Shown here one piece after another: positions 26,512 to 36,956 of a stretch of DNA of 64,000 bases. The position numbers were made by a program, and so were the translations under genes. Source of the stretch: Coriobacteriia bacterium (GTDB lineage Bacteria > Actinomycetota > Coriobacteriia > WRKU01 > WQUG01); contig WRBW01000001.1 of the NCBI GenBank assembly GCA_009784345.1, positions 32,971-96,970 of the forward strand, read 5' to 3'. Every line of letters begins with the position of its first letter. Within the stretch, counting starts at the first letter, position 1. A model generated the notes under the pieces. It was not told where the DNA came from, searched no databases, and was given only the letters and a program-made list of their open reading frames with translations.

Positions 26512-29508
26512 TCAACACAGGGTACCAATATCATGCAACAATTTCTCGCTTAAAGATGACATTCCTGGATTTGCCTGAATAAAATTGTCATAGTTTGCTA
26601 CAAGTCCCTGATAAATCCAGTCTTGATCAATCATTTCTCGGATGAGCTCACTCTGCTGCTCAATTGAAATTGAGCTACTTAAGTAATAATTCATTTGATG
26701 AACAAGCATTGACAGCACATCATATCTGAGCGGAAGCAACCTACCACTTTTCTCGAGTATCTCACGAAGTCTGCTGATAGCATCGATGGCACTAGTCTTT
26801 TTTCCTACCATGCCCCCAGTAAGACTTTCATCGTTATTTGCGCGATAAGTAATCAGTCTGCGATCAAGGGTCGTTATTTTGCCCGCGAGTGCAAGCGCAG
26901 AGTAGGTAAAGCTGATGTCCTCACAATTGGGTAATGATTGAAATCTGAGGCCCTTGGACCTCACGAATGAACTCTTGAACAATTTATTCCACGGGGCAGG
27001 ATTCGTGATTCTGAACAACCCGTTGTGGACATCGCGATAGTCGAAAACATCAAGCTCGGGCAAAAATTTCTGATTCAAATAGTGCGTTGGCTCACTTATC
27101 TCCCGACTTGCCTGGTCGAATATCTTACCGTCGAAGATGGTCACATCGGCATTTGTTGCACAAGCCTTTGAAAACACTTCTTCAATCGTCGTATCCGCGA
27201 TGAAATCATCGGCATCCAAGAAGAGGAGATACCTTCCTCTCGCCATATCCATGCCGCGATTACGAGCGGGTCCAGCAGTTTGATTCTTTTGTGTAACATA
27301 GGAGAGTCTTGAGTACTTACTTGAATATTCAGCTAATATCTGGACCGAATCGTCAGTGCTTCCATCATCAACACAAATGACTTCGAAATTTTGAAAAGAC
27401 TGTCCTATGACGCTGTCAAGTGTCTGCTCGAGATACTTGGCAGAGTTAAATACAGGTATGATGACCGATACATCGAAAGCAATGTTCCTTGCAACATCAA
27501 GAGATTGAACAAAATCCTCACTGAGTTCATTCGTTTTAATAAGCTGCTTATCGTTCATGCTGGATAGCGCGCTGCCTTCTTGAACAAGTGCAATAATCAT
27601 AGATCCACTTGCCAAGTAATCAGCATATTTTGAAGGTAAATATGGATTATTCTCTCCAGAGTATTCAGTATCATTCAGGAAGAGAAAGTCCATTCTGGCA
27701 GCCAGGCTCAGCATTTCCAAGTACCCAACCGAGTCGTTAGTTTTCAATTGCGAATTTTCAAAGCCCATTCGCTTAATGTCATCACGAATACCGTCATAAC
27801 TGGACTTGAAATAGTCGGGCGTGAAAACATGCAGAACAACTCTTGGGTTTTTTAGCAATTCAATCATGGGGTCATGACGCCTATTAGTGTAGAAGGAGCC
27901 GAAGTAGGCAATGTTTATTTTGTCAGCATCGAGCGGATACGCAGGTGTCACGGCCCCAACAAATGCACTGTCGATTTGCGGGTGAGGCCAAATTAAACTG
28001 CGCTTCATCACTGACTCTTTTTCTTCACTGCTTAACGCACTCTTATCCAGCATTAGTTTCTGCTGGTTACTATTGGTAAAAATAATTTTATCAGCGCGTT
28101 CATAAACAGCTGCTTCAACTTCTTGATAACACTGACGCTTCGGGCGTCCCTGTACATCTAACGACAGGGGATCCGAGAATTCAGCGAACCACGTGGCTTC
28201 TGGGTAGAGCTCTTTATACTTGTATGCCGCAAGGTGTGATCCCGACATTTGTGATCGCGAATAAACATATGGCGTCTCATCGAAAATCGCTCTTTCAAAT
28301 GCTCGCTGCCCCCACCATTCGAAGTCGCCAATTTTTTTAGTATTGACCTCTGACTTTTGATCATACTGGTGCTGTGCATAAATCAAGTCGTACATAGGGT
28401 CTGTGCTTCGAAGTGAAGACCAGTCCTGTTTATACACGTTCCAGCCCACAATTTCGCCTACATAGTCTGATATCTGTGAGAGCCTCCGCGAGGCGACATA
28501 TGCAGAAGGGTCTGCCTCGGGTGCAAAGAGCTGGCAAAAGACGGTACCGCGGCTAGATGCAAATCTAGCTCGGTTTATAAGCAGCGCCTTGTCGCTTCTC
28601 AGCCTTCCCCGGACCAGTCTGGCACTCTCTTGGGTTTCATCGCGCGCGCAATAGTCTTCAACCTGCAAGCTTTGGGCTTTAATCTGCCTTATCAAGAATT
28701 TCTTGTGGGTTACGCTTGTGCTGCCATCCAACACTAATGTCGAGAGGTATTTTAAGATATCTAATTTGTCGGTAACATAATCTAGGAGTTGTGAAGGTTC
28801 TGGGCGAGACATGCTCTTCTCCATGACTCTTCGCATATATGCTTCATTGGACTCTTGGCTCACAAACGCAAGTTCTCCACTTATATTTCCAAAATTTTCT
28901 GCCCAAAAGAGAATGTCTTCTGAATGTCTGACGTACTCGGGAATGCGATAGAAAGCGGTTCTCATGAGATCAGTTCGGATGAGCTTGCTGGTACAATTGC
29001 CAAAGAGCGACGTTGCCCACAGGTAATCAGTTGAATACTGCTCCTTTTGCTTTTCAAGGCTTCGATTAATGTATGTATCTGTTTCAATCTGCCCACTATC
29101 AACATCGAAGAGCTTCCCGAAGATAATGCTTACATCTTTCATAGCGAGCTCAAGCATTTCCTGCAAATAGCCCCTGCTAAGCCAATCGTCATCATCTAGA
29201 AAAGTCACATAGTTCTTACTGGCATGCTGGACGCCCACATTCCTTGCGTGCCCAAGACCCGCCTGCTGGGTGTAGATTACACTAACGTTAGAAGTAGAAT
29301 TGTACTCACTTTGGAGGTGCTCAAAATGGATGCGGTCACTTCCGTTTACCACAATGAGCAATTCAACGAGTGATTCATCTATAGTCTGACCCAGTACAGA
29401 ATCAATTGCCTCTTGCAAAGTTGGAGTCACTTTCCAAGTGGCAAGTACAACAGTCACCCCCAGATCCAGACCTTCAACTGGCCCGGGCTCATTCTTTGAT
29501 GCTATCAT
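26512..29508 (-). CDS. three-domain glycosyltransferase: GT2 - uncharacterised 380-aa domain (X) - GT2
   Basis: N-terminal GT2 (VVLATWK...DDDD), then the X domain (FCQLFAPEADPSAYVASRRL...NPYLPSKYADYLASGSMIIALV), then a second GT2 (VSVIIPVFNSAKYLEQTLDSVIGQSF..VICVDDGSTDDS). Start at the internal ATG overlaps the upstream stop by 1 nt. Confidence 0.7.
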   Translation of the reverse strand: MIASKNEPGPVEGLDLGVTVVLATWKVTPTLQEAIDSVLGQTIDESLVELLIVVNGSDRIHFEHLQSEYNSTSNVSVIYTQQAGLGHARNVGVQHASKNYVTFLDDDDWLSRGYLQEMLELAMKDVSIIFGKLFDVDSGQIETDTYINRSLEKQKEQYSTDYLWATSLFGNCTSKLIRTDLMRTAFYRIPEYVRHSEDILFWAENFGNISGELAFVSQESNEAYMRRVMEKSMSRPEPSQLLDYVTDKLDILKYLSTLVLDGSTSVTHKKFLIRQIKAQSLQVEDYCARDETQESARLVRGRLRSDKALLINRARFASSRGTVFCQLFAPEADPSAYVASRRLSQISDYVGEIVGWNVYKQDWSSLRSTDPMYDLIYAQHQYDQKSEVNTKKIGDFEWWGQRAFERAIFDETPYVYSRSQMSGSHLAAYKYKELYPEATWFAEFSDPLSLDVQGRPKRQCYQEVEAAVYERADKIIFTNSNQQKLMLDKSALSSEEKESVMKRSLIWPHPQIDSAFVGAVTPAYPLDADKINIAYFGSFYTNRRHDPMIELLKNPRVVLHVFTPDYFKSSYDGIRDDIKRMGFENSQLKTNDSVGYLEMLSLAARMDFLFLNDTEYSGENNPYLPSKYADYLASGSMIIALVQEGSALSSMNDKQLIKTNELSEDFVQSLDVARNIAFDVSVIIPVFNSAKYLEQTLDSVIGQSFQNFEVICVDDGSTDDSVQILAEYSSKYSRLSYVTQKNQTAGPARNRGMDMARGRYLLFLDADDFIADTTIEEVFSKACATNADVTIFDGKIFDQASREISEPTHYLNQKFLPELDVFDYRDVHNGLFRITNPAPWNKLFKSSFVRSKGLRFQSLPNCEDISFTYSALALAGKITTLDRRLITYRANNDESLTGGMVGKKTSAIDAISRLREILEKSGRLLPLRYDVLSMLVHQMNYYLSSSISIEQQSELIREMIDQDWIYQGLVANYDNFIQANPGMSSLSEKLLHDIGTLC

Positions 29509-29807
29509 TACTTCCGCCTTTTTTTGACTGCGGCGGTTGCTCTCTTGCCAAGCATGCAAATTCTTCGCGCAACTCTGGTCAAGAAAAAAGATTCGAAAGA
29601 GGCAAGTTTCTTTGTCTCAATACGCAAACTGCGTTTTAGACTCTCAATTTCTTCATCCTGGCGAGCAATGTCACTCAAGTAGTTCTTGCATGCAATCTCT
29701 GCAGCCTCAATGACTCTTTGGCATTTTTCTAACTCTTGAGCACAGTCGCGCTGCTTAAGACAGGGGGTTTCGACTGCACAAGAGCGTATGTGGTCGTGAT
29801 TGCTCAT
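29508..29807 (-). CDS. coiled-coil protein with basic C-terminal tail (CC module 1)
   Basis: 99 aa, ...QRVIEAAEIACKNYLSDIARQDEEIESLKRSL...RVARRICMLGKRATAAVKKRRK. Translationally coupled (TAATG) to the GT2-X-GT2 gene. Paralogous to 39164..39643 and to the C-terminus of the TagD-like protein. Confidence 0.45.
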   Translation of the reverse strand: MSNHDHIRSCAVETPCLKQRDCAQELEKCQRVIEAAEIACKNYLSDIARQDEEIESLKRSLRIETKKLASFESFFLTRVARRICMLGKRATAAVKKRRK

Positions 29808-29849
29808 AGAACAGTCATTATAGCACTGGCAGTAGGTATCATTCTGTTC

Positions 29850-30557
29850 TCACGAGCCCAGATGCTTCACAAAGACATACTCGATTTTTATTGGCAGGTA
29901 CCCCATCTTTAAGTGGGCTCTAACCGAACCGGGATTATTTGTCGAAACTGACGTAGTTAGCGTTTGACACCCCTTTCCTCGAGCATATAAGATGCCGCTA
30001 CTAATGATGAGATATGACAGTCGCTTGCCTGCGAATTCGGGGTAGATTCCTACAAGATAACTGTGGCACGAATCCTTGCCAGTCTGTCGCAAAAGCGCGA
30101 AACCAACAGTTTCTCCGTCAGATTCGAGCGCGAGCAATTCCCCCCCCCGGTTCTTCTCATCATCAATCCAGTTAACGTATCGTTGCGCAGACTGCCCTTT
30201 CGAAAAGTGCGGATCCCTCGAAATCCGATCTGTCCCAAATAATCCAGCCTTGATAACTTTGTCGAGGTTATCCTCTTCCTCCTCGGTCATAATGTGGTAT
30301 TCGGCTGAACGAAAGTTCTCTGATTCATCTGTCGCAATCTCCAGCGTCATTAGCGCCTCAGAGAGATAGAATCCTCTTTTATGTAGAACTTCGGACAGCT
30401 CCACTTGCTCAGCAGGTAGCTTAACTACCTGATAGTCTGCATCGATGGTACTAAGATTTTCGGCCAGACTTCCAGCAGTGTCACTCGCCTCAATTATTAT
30501 TTCCTGCACTTTACATCCAAGATTCTCATACTCCCAAACAGCATCAATGACCCGCAT
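29850..30557 (-). CDS. GNAT-family N-acetyltransferase (WecD/dTDP-fucosamine acetyltransferase-like)
   Basis: 235 aa. C-terminal GNAT core FALLRQTGKDSCHSYLVGIYPEFAGKRLSYLII. Sits between sugar aminotransferase and rml genes. Confidence 0.55.
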   Translation of the reverse strand: MRVIDAVWEYENLGCKVQEIIIEASDTAGSLAENLSTIDADYQVVKLPAEQVELSEVLHKRGFYLSEALMTLEIATDESENFRSAEYHIMTEEEEDNLDKVIKAGLFGTDRISRDPHFSKGQSAQRYVNWIDDEKNRGGELLALESDGETVGFALLRQTGKDSCHSYLVGIYPEFAGKRLSYLIISSGILYARGKGCQTLTTSVSTNNPGSVRAHLKMGYLPIKIEYVFVKHLGS

Positions 30558-31548
30558 GTTTAACCTCTTTATCTTCTTTTCTTATATACCCTGAACCATT
30601 TTCATTTGTATCATCTTGCCGGACTACATCTCTGATGACATATTGAGGGCTTGCGCTCTGAGTAATATACATTCGTCCCAAATACTCTCCCATAATTCCC
30701 AGCATTACCATTATTATTCCAGACACAAAAAGGAGGGCTGCCATCATGGAGGTGTAGCCGGCAGGCACATAGGGATCTAAAAGTCTGCGCACCACAATAC
30801 TAATGCCCAGAGCAAAACCACTTAATGCAATGAGCGAGCCAAAAATTGTAGTTACACGCAGCGGCTTGACTGAAAAGGCGGTCGCTCCATTTAGCCATAG
30901 AGACAAGAGTTTCGCGAGAGTGTAGTTCGAAGTTCCGCTTGCGCGTGAGCGATGCTGCACCTCTACAGCTGCAATATTATTTGTGCTCCGCAGTATCAGA
31001 CCGATAACATATGGATAAGCACTGCAGTATCTCACCACTTCATCTATAATGAATCGCCTCGCAACAAAGAAGCTCGTCGTCTGCAAGTTCTTTGGCTTGT
31101 TCATTAGAGTCTCAAGCATGATGGTGTTAACCTTTGTGCCAAATCTCCTAAAAGTGCTTTGCTTTACTATCGGATATTGAGCATAAACCACATCGCTGCC
31201 CGCCTCAATGAGATTAATGAGGGAAAAGACTTCATCGACCGGCGTTTGCCCATCATCATCAAGAGACACTATGATATCTCCGGTTGCGTGACGGTATCCT
31301 GCCATGAGGGCAGCATGTTGCCCAAAATTCTTGGCCAGCTCGATGCCCCTGATTCTATTATCCTCGTGGGCCATGGTTCGGATTATGTCATACACATTAT
31401 CCGGAGAGGCATCTGAAACCAGAACAACTTCCCAAAGATAGTCAGAGTTCAACAGCATGACCTCATGTATCTCTGAAATAACCTTAGGCAGCACTGCTGC
31501 CGAATTGTAGCAGGGGATAACAAAAGATATTTTTTCTTTTTGGTCCAC
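30544..31548 (-). CDS. polyprenyl-phosphate glycosyltransferase (GT2, GtrB/CsbB/DPM1-like) with 2 C-terminal TM helices
   Basis: ISFVIPCYNSAAVLPKVISEI...VSDASPDN...DDDGQ; two C-terminal TM helices. Confidence 0.7.
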   Translation of the reverse strand: MDQKEKISFVIPCYNSAAVLPKVISEIHEVMLLNSDYLWEVVLVSDASPDNVYDIIRTMAHEDNRIRGIELAKNFGQHAALMAGYRHATGDIIVSLDDDGQTPVDEVFSLINLIEAGSDVVYAQYPIVKQSTFRRFGTKVNTIMLETLMNKPKNLQTTSFFVARRFIIDEVVRYCSAYPYVIGLILRSTNNIAAVEVQHRSRASGTSNYTLAKLLSLWLNGATAFSVKPLRVTTIFGSLIALSGFALGISIVVRRLLDPYVPAGYTSMMAALLFVSGIIMVMLGIMGEYLGRMYITQSASPQYVIRDVVRQDDTNENGSGYIRKEDKEVKHAGH

Positions 31549-31611
31549 TTAATATTCCTTTTCATCACAAGGAGAGGACATCAATACTACGTTGATTGAC
31601 GTTCACAGAAA

Positions 31612-32970
31612 CTACTCTTCTTTTAAGGTAATCGCTTCAACACCCATGTATTGCGCCAGACCCTGATTCCTCCAAAAGTCTGGATCGCCTGTTATATCAC
31701 CCAATTGGTATCCTGCACGATACTTTGTTTTAGGGTTGGGAATGGCACTTACTTGGATGTCAGTTTTTCCCATCTCCTTTTGAACTTGAATGTACTTCAT
31801 GCGGGTTCGTTCTGCGCGCCACGCTTGGGCAGTGTCCACTCCGGCCGGTATTACTGAAAACACAAATAACAAAGCGAGTACCAAGACCGTACTCTTTCCA
31901 AGAAATTTCGACAGCTGAAGATCGCTTTCAAACAAGCGTGCGAGAAGGACTGTTGCCGCAGCTACCAAGAAGAAAGTTCCGAAGCTATAGGTGCGCAGCG
32001 CTACCGTGCTAGCAGGTGCAAAAATCATTACGTAGGTTACTGCAAAGGCTGCAGCAACAAAGCAGCCAGCAACATAGAGTGACTCCCTGTTAATTCTCAT
32101 AGTAGTGCAAGCAGCGTAAAGCACAACTATTAGAATTAGTAGCCATTTCAATTCTGAAAAATATACCTCACTTATACTTTGAAATTGCACTATAGTGCTC
32201 ATTGAAATCAAAGAATTGGTGTTGATATACTCTGCACGACTTGCATTCCCTGGTGAGGCCACAACCGCAACCAAACCTCCCAAGCAGCCAATCCATCCTG
32301 CCAGCATCCAAAGCTGTATGCTCTCCCGATTTTTCGCGAACGCATAAATCACAAAGAGGCTGATGATTACCAACGCGCCTCCGGAGCCATTTTGAGCCGC
32401 GTTTCCGGCAACAAGCCCAACCAAAAATATAAGGGGAACGCTCACAACCGCAGGTAAATTTAAGGGTTTATTAAGGAATACCGAGCGATGAAATAGCCAA
32501 ATTAGCACAAAGATTTGCGCAGCGCCCCATAAATATATGATTGCGCCCAGCTGCCACAGAATTATCTGCCCATACACTGGCATAAATACCCAAATCAGCA
32601 GTGATATACTCAGGAAAACCCAGCTATTGTATCTCTGCTTTGGTGCCGCAATTGCATACAAAAGAAATACAAGTGCCACGTAGACACCTGTGTTAATGAT
32701 GTTGAAAAGCGCTTTAGGCACAAGGAAGGAGCCAAAGCCGAACAACGAATTGAATAGTCGACCATCCCAATTGAAATAAAAGCTCCATGCATCACTGATG
32801 GCCTTGCTTAGTGTACTCGCCATTGATGCACGAACCCAGTCATCAGCCACAAGAGGTGTAAGTGCGTTAAACACAAACATCCCAGCAACAACAAAGGCCA
32901 CGCTAAAGAAAAAGACCAGTTTGTCCTTTGTAAAACTGCTCGAATGTTCTTGAATGTCTTCCATGACCAC
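31612..32970 (-). CDS. polytopic membrane protein (candidate GT-C glycosyltransferase partner of GtrB-like enzyme)
   Basis: 452 aa, at least 10 TM, no cytoplasmic domain. Position immediately downstream of the GtrB-like gene. Confidence 0.45.
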   Translation of the reverse strand: MVMEDIQEHSSSFTKDKLVFFFSVAFVVAGMFVFNALTPLVADDWVRASMASTLSKAISDAWSFYFNWDGRLFNSLFGFGSFLVPKALFNIINTGVYVALVFLLYAIAAPKQRYNSWVFLSISLLIWVFMPVYGQIILWQLGAIIYLWGAAQIFVLIWLFHRSVFLNKPLNLPAVVSVPLIFLVGLVAGNAAQNGSGGALVIISLFVIYAFAKNRESIQLWMLAGWIGCLGGLVAVVASPGNASRAEYINTNSLISMSTIVQFQSISEVYFSELKWLLILIVVLYAACTTMRINRESLYVAGCFVAAAFAVTYVMIFAPASTVALRTYSFGTFFLVAAATVLLARLFESDLQLSKFLGKSTVLVLALLFVFSVIPAGVDTAQAWRAERTRMKYIQVQKEMGKTDIQVSAIPNPKTKYRAGYQLGDITGDPDFWRNQGLAQYMGVEAITLKEE

Positions 32971-33037
32971 CCTTCAACCAGCATCACTGCAACGAAAATA
33001 CCTTCAATAGAAAGCGTGCACCCCCAGTTTATTGAAC

Positions 33038-34198
33038 CTAGCCTTCAACCCAGATAGCTGAAGAAGGATGTGCTTTAGCGAAGCTCATTATAGCATCGCA
33101 CACTTTGGATATGTCCTCGATGCTTAAGCCATAAAACAGGGGTAAGCGCAAAATTCTTTCACTTTCCCTTGTTGTATGCACATCTACGCCATGAAATCTA
33201 CCCAGAAGCCTCCCGGCGGGTGCTGAATGTAAGGGAACATAGTGAAAGACCGCTAATATACCCCTTTTCTTCAGCCAACTTATTAACAAGCTCCGCACAC
33301 CAATATCCCTTACCTTAATGTAAAACATATGGGCATTGTGCTCACACTCTGCTGGTATAGTGGGCATTTCAAGAAAACACGCATCAGACAAGGGCTTCAA
33401 CTGTTCATAGTACGATTTCCAAGACTCTAGCCTATTCTGATTTATCTTTTCTGCGTCAATAAGCTGTGCACAAAGAAGTGCTGCATTAAGGTCGCTTGGG
33501 AGATAAGATGATCCGATGTCAACCCAAGTGTATTTATCTACCTGTCCTCTGAGGAATTGGCTCCTGTCTGTTCCTTTTTCACGAATTATTTCAGCCCTCT
33601 TATAAAGCTCGTGATCCTGTATGACAATTGCCCCGCCCTCACCCATACTATAATTCTTTGTTTCGTGGAAACTATAGCAACCTATATCGCCATAGGTGCC
33701 CAAAGGCTTCCCATGGTATTTGGCCATCATAGCCTGTGCAGCATCCTCGATCACAAACAAATTATGATCAGAGGCAATCTTCATAATTGATTTCATTTCG
33801 CATCCAACGCCCGCATAGTGTACAGGAGCGATTGCCCTAGTCTTTTCAGTAATTGCCTCTTCGATCTTTGACTCATCAATATTCATAGTGTCAGGTCGAA
33901 TGTCCACAAAAACAATTTTTGCACCACGCAGAGCAAAAGCATTGGCGGTTGACGAAAAGGTGTACGACGGCATAATCACTTCGTCACCAGTCTTGATATC
34001 AGCTAGCATGGCTCCCATTTCGAGAGCATGAGTCCCTGACGTGGTTAGTAGTGCCCGCCCATTTTCACCGTATTCGTTTAGCCACTCAGTGCACTGTTTG
34101 GTAAAAGGTCCATCTCCACAGAGCTTGTTGCCAGCAATTGCCTGCGCAACAAAATCGTACTCTGTACCAAGAAGTGGTGGCCGATTAAAAGGAATCAT
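33038..34198 (-). CDS. DegT/DnrJ/EryC1-family sugar aminotransferase (WecE-like dTDP-4-keto-6-deoxyhexose 4-aminotransferase)
   Basis: MIPFNRPPLLGTEYDFVAQAIAGNKLCGDGPFTKQCTEWL closely resembles the WecE N-terminus. PLP-lysine region ...SFHETKNYSMGEGG. Confidence 0.8.
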   Translation of the reverse strand: MIPFNRPPLLGTEYDFVAQAIAGNKLCGDGPFTKQCTEWLNEYGENGRALLTTSGTHALEMGAMLADIKTGDEVIMPSYTFSSTANAFALRGAKIVFVDIRPDTMNIDESKIEEAITEKTRAIAPVHYAGVGCEMKSIMKIASDHNLFVIEDAAQAMMAKYHGKPLGTYGDIGCYSFHETKNYSMGEGGAIVIQDHELYKRAEIIREKGTDRSQFLRGQVDKYTWVDIGSSYLPSDLNAALLCAQLIDAEKINQNRLESWKSYYEQLKPLSDACFLEMPTIPAECEHNAHMFYIKVRDIGVRSLLISWLKKRGILAVFHYVPLHSAPAGRLLGRFHGVDVHTTRESERILRLPLFYGLSIEDISKVCDAIMSFAKAHPSSAIWVEG

Positions 34199-34252
34199 TT
34201 CGCATCTCCATATATTGGTTTAGATTTTCCTGCACAGTCAGGTGCAAGACGC

Positions 34253-35971
34253 TCATTCTTCTATGCCGAAGTTGATGACGATAACATCATCAATAATTGC
34301 AATTCCACCTTCGCTTGGCCAGGCTGGCATATCTGAATCAAGTACTGACTTACGAAGCTCTACCCATTTCACGTCATCAGACAATAATGTAACTGGCACT
34401 CCATGTAGGTTCCGGAGATTTGCAACAAATTGGTTTTGTTGCCACCTTCCGTCATTGTGCATCTGAAGAAAATGAGGGTTGGCTAGTGGATGCCCCTGTA
34501 GGGTCGACGAAAAAGGATCATCAATTGCAGGATAGTGCTCATTGGGGATTCCCCCAAAGTATACTATGTCCTTCTCCTCTGACGAAACTTCGGGAATGAG
34601 CCGATCAATCTCAACAGCCAACCTGCCAGCAAAAGAAATTATCCTCTGATTCGCATAGTATGCCTTCAAGTAATAAACATTGTTGACTATTACATGATTG
34701 GCGCCAATGAATAACACGCAGACGAGCATCAAGGACTTAAATATCCCCCAAATATTGGACCTATTATCAGCACCAGCTACAACAAACGCCATAGGAAGCA
34801 TGAATGCAAGCCCCATGAGCGCACTGAACCTAAAGCCTGGCTCGGTAAAGAAGGTGGCAAAATTACTGGCGAAAGGAATAAGTAGTGTCAGCAGCAGAAG
34901 CAGTGACAGCCTCAGCGGTTCGCGATATATCCTCTGGTTAATAATCACGGTCATGAACAGAATCAGCGCAATGATAAGGAAAAGTATGTATGCCATATGC
35001 ATGCTGGGCACTACCTGAAAGCGCGCACCGTCGAAGTTGACAAAAAAGTACTTTGAGGTCGAGAGAAATGAATCTAGCAGCCAGCGTGGTGACAGCATAC
35101 GGCTTAGCATGCTGTCACCAGAGAGACCTCCGTAGCCCGTAAGCGTTATGCCGGTCATGAATTGGGAGACAGGCAGCGAAATACCATACAAAGCGCCGCC
35201 TCCTGCAATTAAGAGTCCGAGCCTCGCAGAAAGGTTTCCCAGATACTTCCAGTTAAAACGCTCAGAGACAATCGTAAATACGAGCAGCATTACTGAGAGT
35301 ACAAGAGCGACATTAAGGAGCGTTTGGTATATTGCAATCGCTATCATTAGTAGCACTGCACCTATCAAGAAACCATACTTGTACTTCTTTGCCAAATAGA
35401 CTGCAAGGACGGCTAAGGCTGCGCCCAAATGTACGTTTGCAGAAGTAAATTGAAACACATTCGCTATAGCTACGGTTGGGTACGTAGAGATGATTAGCGC
35501 AATGAGAAATGCACTGATCTTCTCTCTGATGTCGAAAATTTTACAGAACAAGAAGGCAACTGCCGCAAGAGAGACTGTGGCAAAAATGCCGATAATGGCC
35601 GGCATAAGGTAGCTATACGATAGCTGAATGGCAATTTCGCCAATCCACCTGCCTGCGCCAACCATGTGACCCGTGCGTCTGGGCATCGCAATGCTGTGAT
35701 CCCCAAATATTAAACTCGAATAGACAAATATATTGGTGACAAACCCGATAATTAGTGCTGCAAGAAACGAGTGCTTTGCTGCGGGAGATTCGCCTATCCA
35801 CCAATTGATGAGCTCCGCACCCAAATCAAAGGACTTGACTTTGACAATTAACTCTTGCATATACTGTGACGAGGCTCCTTCTTGCACTTTGACAACACCC
35901 TCAGAACAATGCGGCCAGCTCCACTCTATCGTCTCGCAAGCAGAAAGAACTCTCTGAATTAGTATTTTCAA
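34253..35971 (-). CDS. large polytopic membrane protein (uncharacterised; candidate GT-C/YfhO-like)
   Basis: 572-aa ORF with at least 12 TM segments and a C-terminal extracytoplasmic domain of about 120 aa. True start is probably an internal Met (MQELIVK...). Confidence 0.45.
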   Translation of the reverse strand: MKILIQRVLSACETIEWSWPHCSEGVVKVQEGASSQYMQELIVKVKSFDLGAELINWWIGESPAAKHSFLAALIIGFVTNIFVYSSLIFGDHSIAMPRRTGHMVGAGRWIGEIAIQLSYSYLMPAIIGIFATVSLAAVAFLFCKIFDIREKISAFLIALIISTYPTVAIANVFQFTSANVHLGAALAVLAVYLAKKYKYGFLIGAVLLMIAIAIYQTLLNVALVLSVMLLVFTIVSERFNWKYLGNLSARLGLLIAGGGALYGISLPVSQFMTGITLTGYGGLSGDSMLSRMLSPRWLLDSFLSTSKYFFVNFDGARFQVVPSMHMAYILFLIIALILFMTVIINQRIYREPLRLSLLLLLTLLIPFASNFATFFTEPGFRFSALMGLAFMLPMAFVVAGADNRSNIWGIFKSLMLVCVLFIGANHVIVNNVYYLKAYYANQRIISFAGRLAVEIDRLIPEVSSEEKDIVYFGGIPNEHYPAIDDPFSSTLQGHPLANPHFLQMHNDGRWQQNQFVANLRNLHGVPVTLLSDDVKWVELRKSVLDSDMPAWPSEGGIAIIDDVIVINFGIEE

Positions 35972-36050
35972 CCTGTTTGCGTTACGCGTCAGCTCGATAT
36001 GATAGCATGATTTCCTTGTATTACACTACAATGAAACGGAGGTTACCCTC

Positions 36051-36947
36051 GTGAAGGGTCTCATTCTTGCGGGAGGTAGCGGTACACGGCTGTACCCCAT
36101 TACCATTGCCACGTCTAAGCAGCTCCTGCCTGTTTACGACAAGCCGTTGGTGTACTACCCGCTCTCAACACTGCTTCTGGCAAATATTAGAGACATCCTC
36201 GTAATCTCAACTCCTAGGGACATTGAAGCATATCAGAAACTCTTAGGGGACGGATCTCGTCTCGGAGTTAATTTTTCCTATAAAGTTCAAGACGAGCCAC
36301 GCGGACTAGCTGACGCCTTCATTGTAGGAGAAGATTTCATTGGAGGCGACAATTCTTGCCTGATTTTAGGCGACAATCTTTTCTACGGTCAAAACCTTAC
36401 TCACACGCTCAAAAGTGCAGCGTCTCGAACCGATGGAGCCACTATTTTCGGTTATCCCGTAAGCGATGCACGAGAGTATGGAGTGGTAGAGTTTGATAAA
36501 AAATACCGCGCTCTTTCGCTTGAGGAAAAGCCCGAACATCCTAAGTCAAAGTTTGCCATTCCCGGTCTTTACTTTTATGACAACAATGTAGTCGATATTG
36601 TCAAACAAATTGAGCCTTCTGCACGTGGTGAGCTAGAAATCACATCAGTCAATTCAGCCTATCTCGAAGTTCAGAAATTGCACGTGCAACTGCTTGGGCG
36701 CGGCATGACCTGGCTTGATACAGGCTCTGCTGATGGCCTCTTAAATGCTGCAAATTTTGTGGAAGTTACCCAGTCACGCCAGGGCTTCTACATTTCCTGT
36801 CTCGAGGAAATTGCCTGGCGTCGCGGCTTCATCGATGACTCGCAGCTGGAAAAACTTGGCCACGAGTTGAAAAAGACAAACTACGGCAAGTACCTGTTGT
36901 CTCTGCTTGAAGAGTCTTCTTTGCTTTTGTCTGAAAATGAAAGGTAA
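36051..36947 (+). CDS. rmlA: glucose-1-phosphate thymidylyltransferase
   Basis: [41 protein letters not shown] is near-identical to the RmlA N-terminal signature. Confidence 0.9.
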   Translation: MKGLILAGGSGTRLYPITIATSKQLLPVYDKPLVYYPLSTLLLANIRDILVISTPRDIEAYQKLLGDGSRLGVNFSYKVQDEPRGLADAFIVGEDFIGGDNSCLILGDNLFYGQNLTHTLKSAASRTDGATIFGYPVSDAREYGVVEFDKKYRALSLEEKPEHPKSKFAIPGLYFYDNNVVDIVKQIEPSARGELEITSVNSAYLEVQKLHVQLLGRGMTWLDTGSADGLLNAANFVEVTQSRQGFYISCLEEIAWRRGFIDDSQLEKLGHELKKTNYGKYLLSLLEESSLLLSENER

Positions 36948-36956
36948 GCCAGCATT

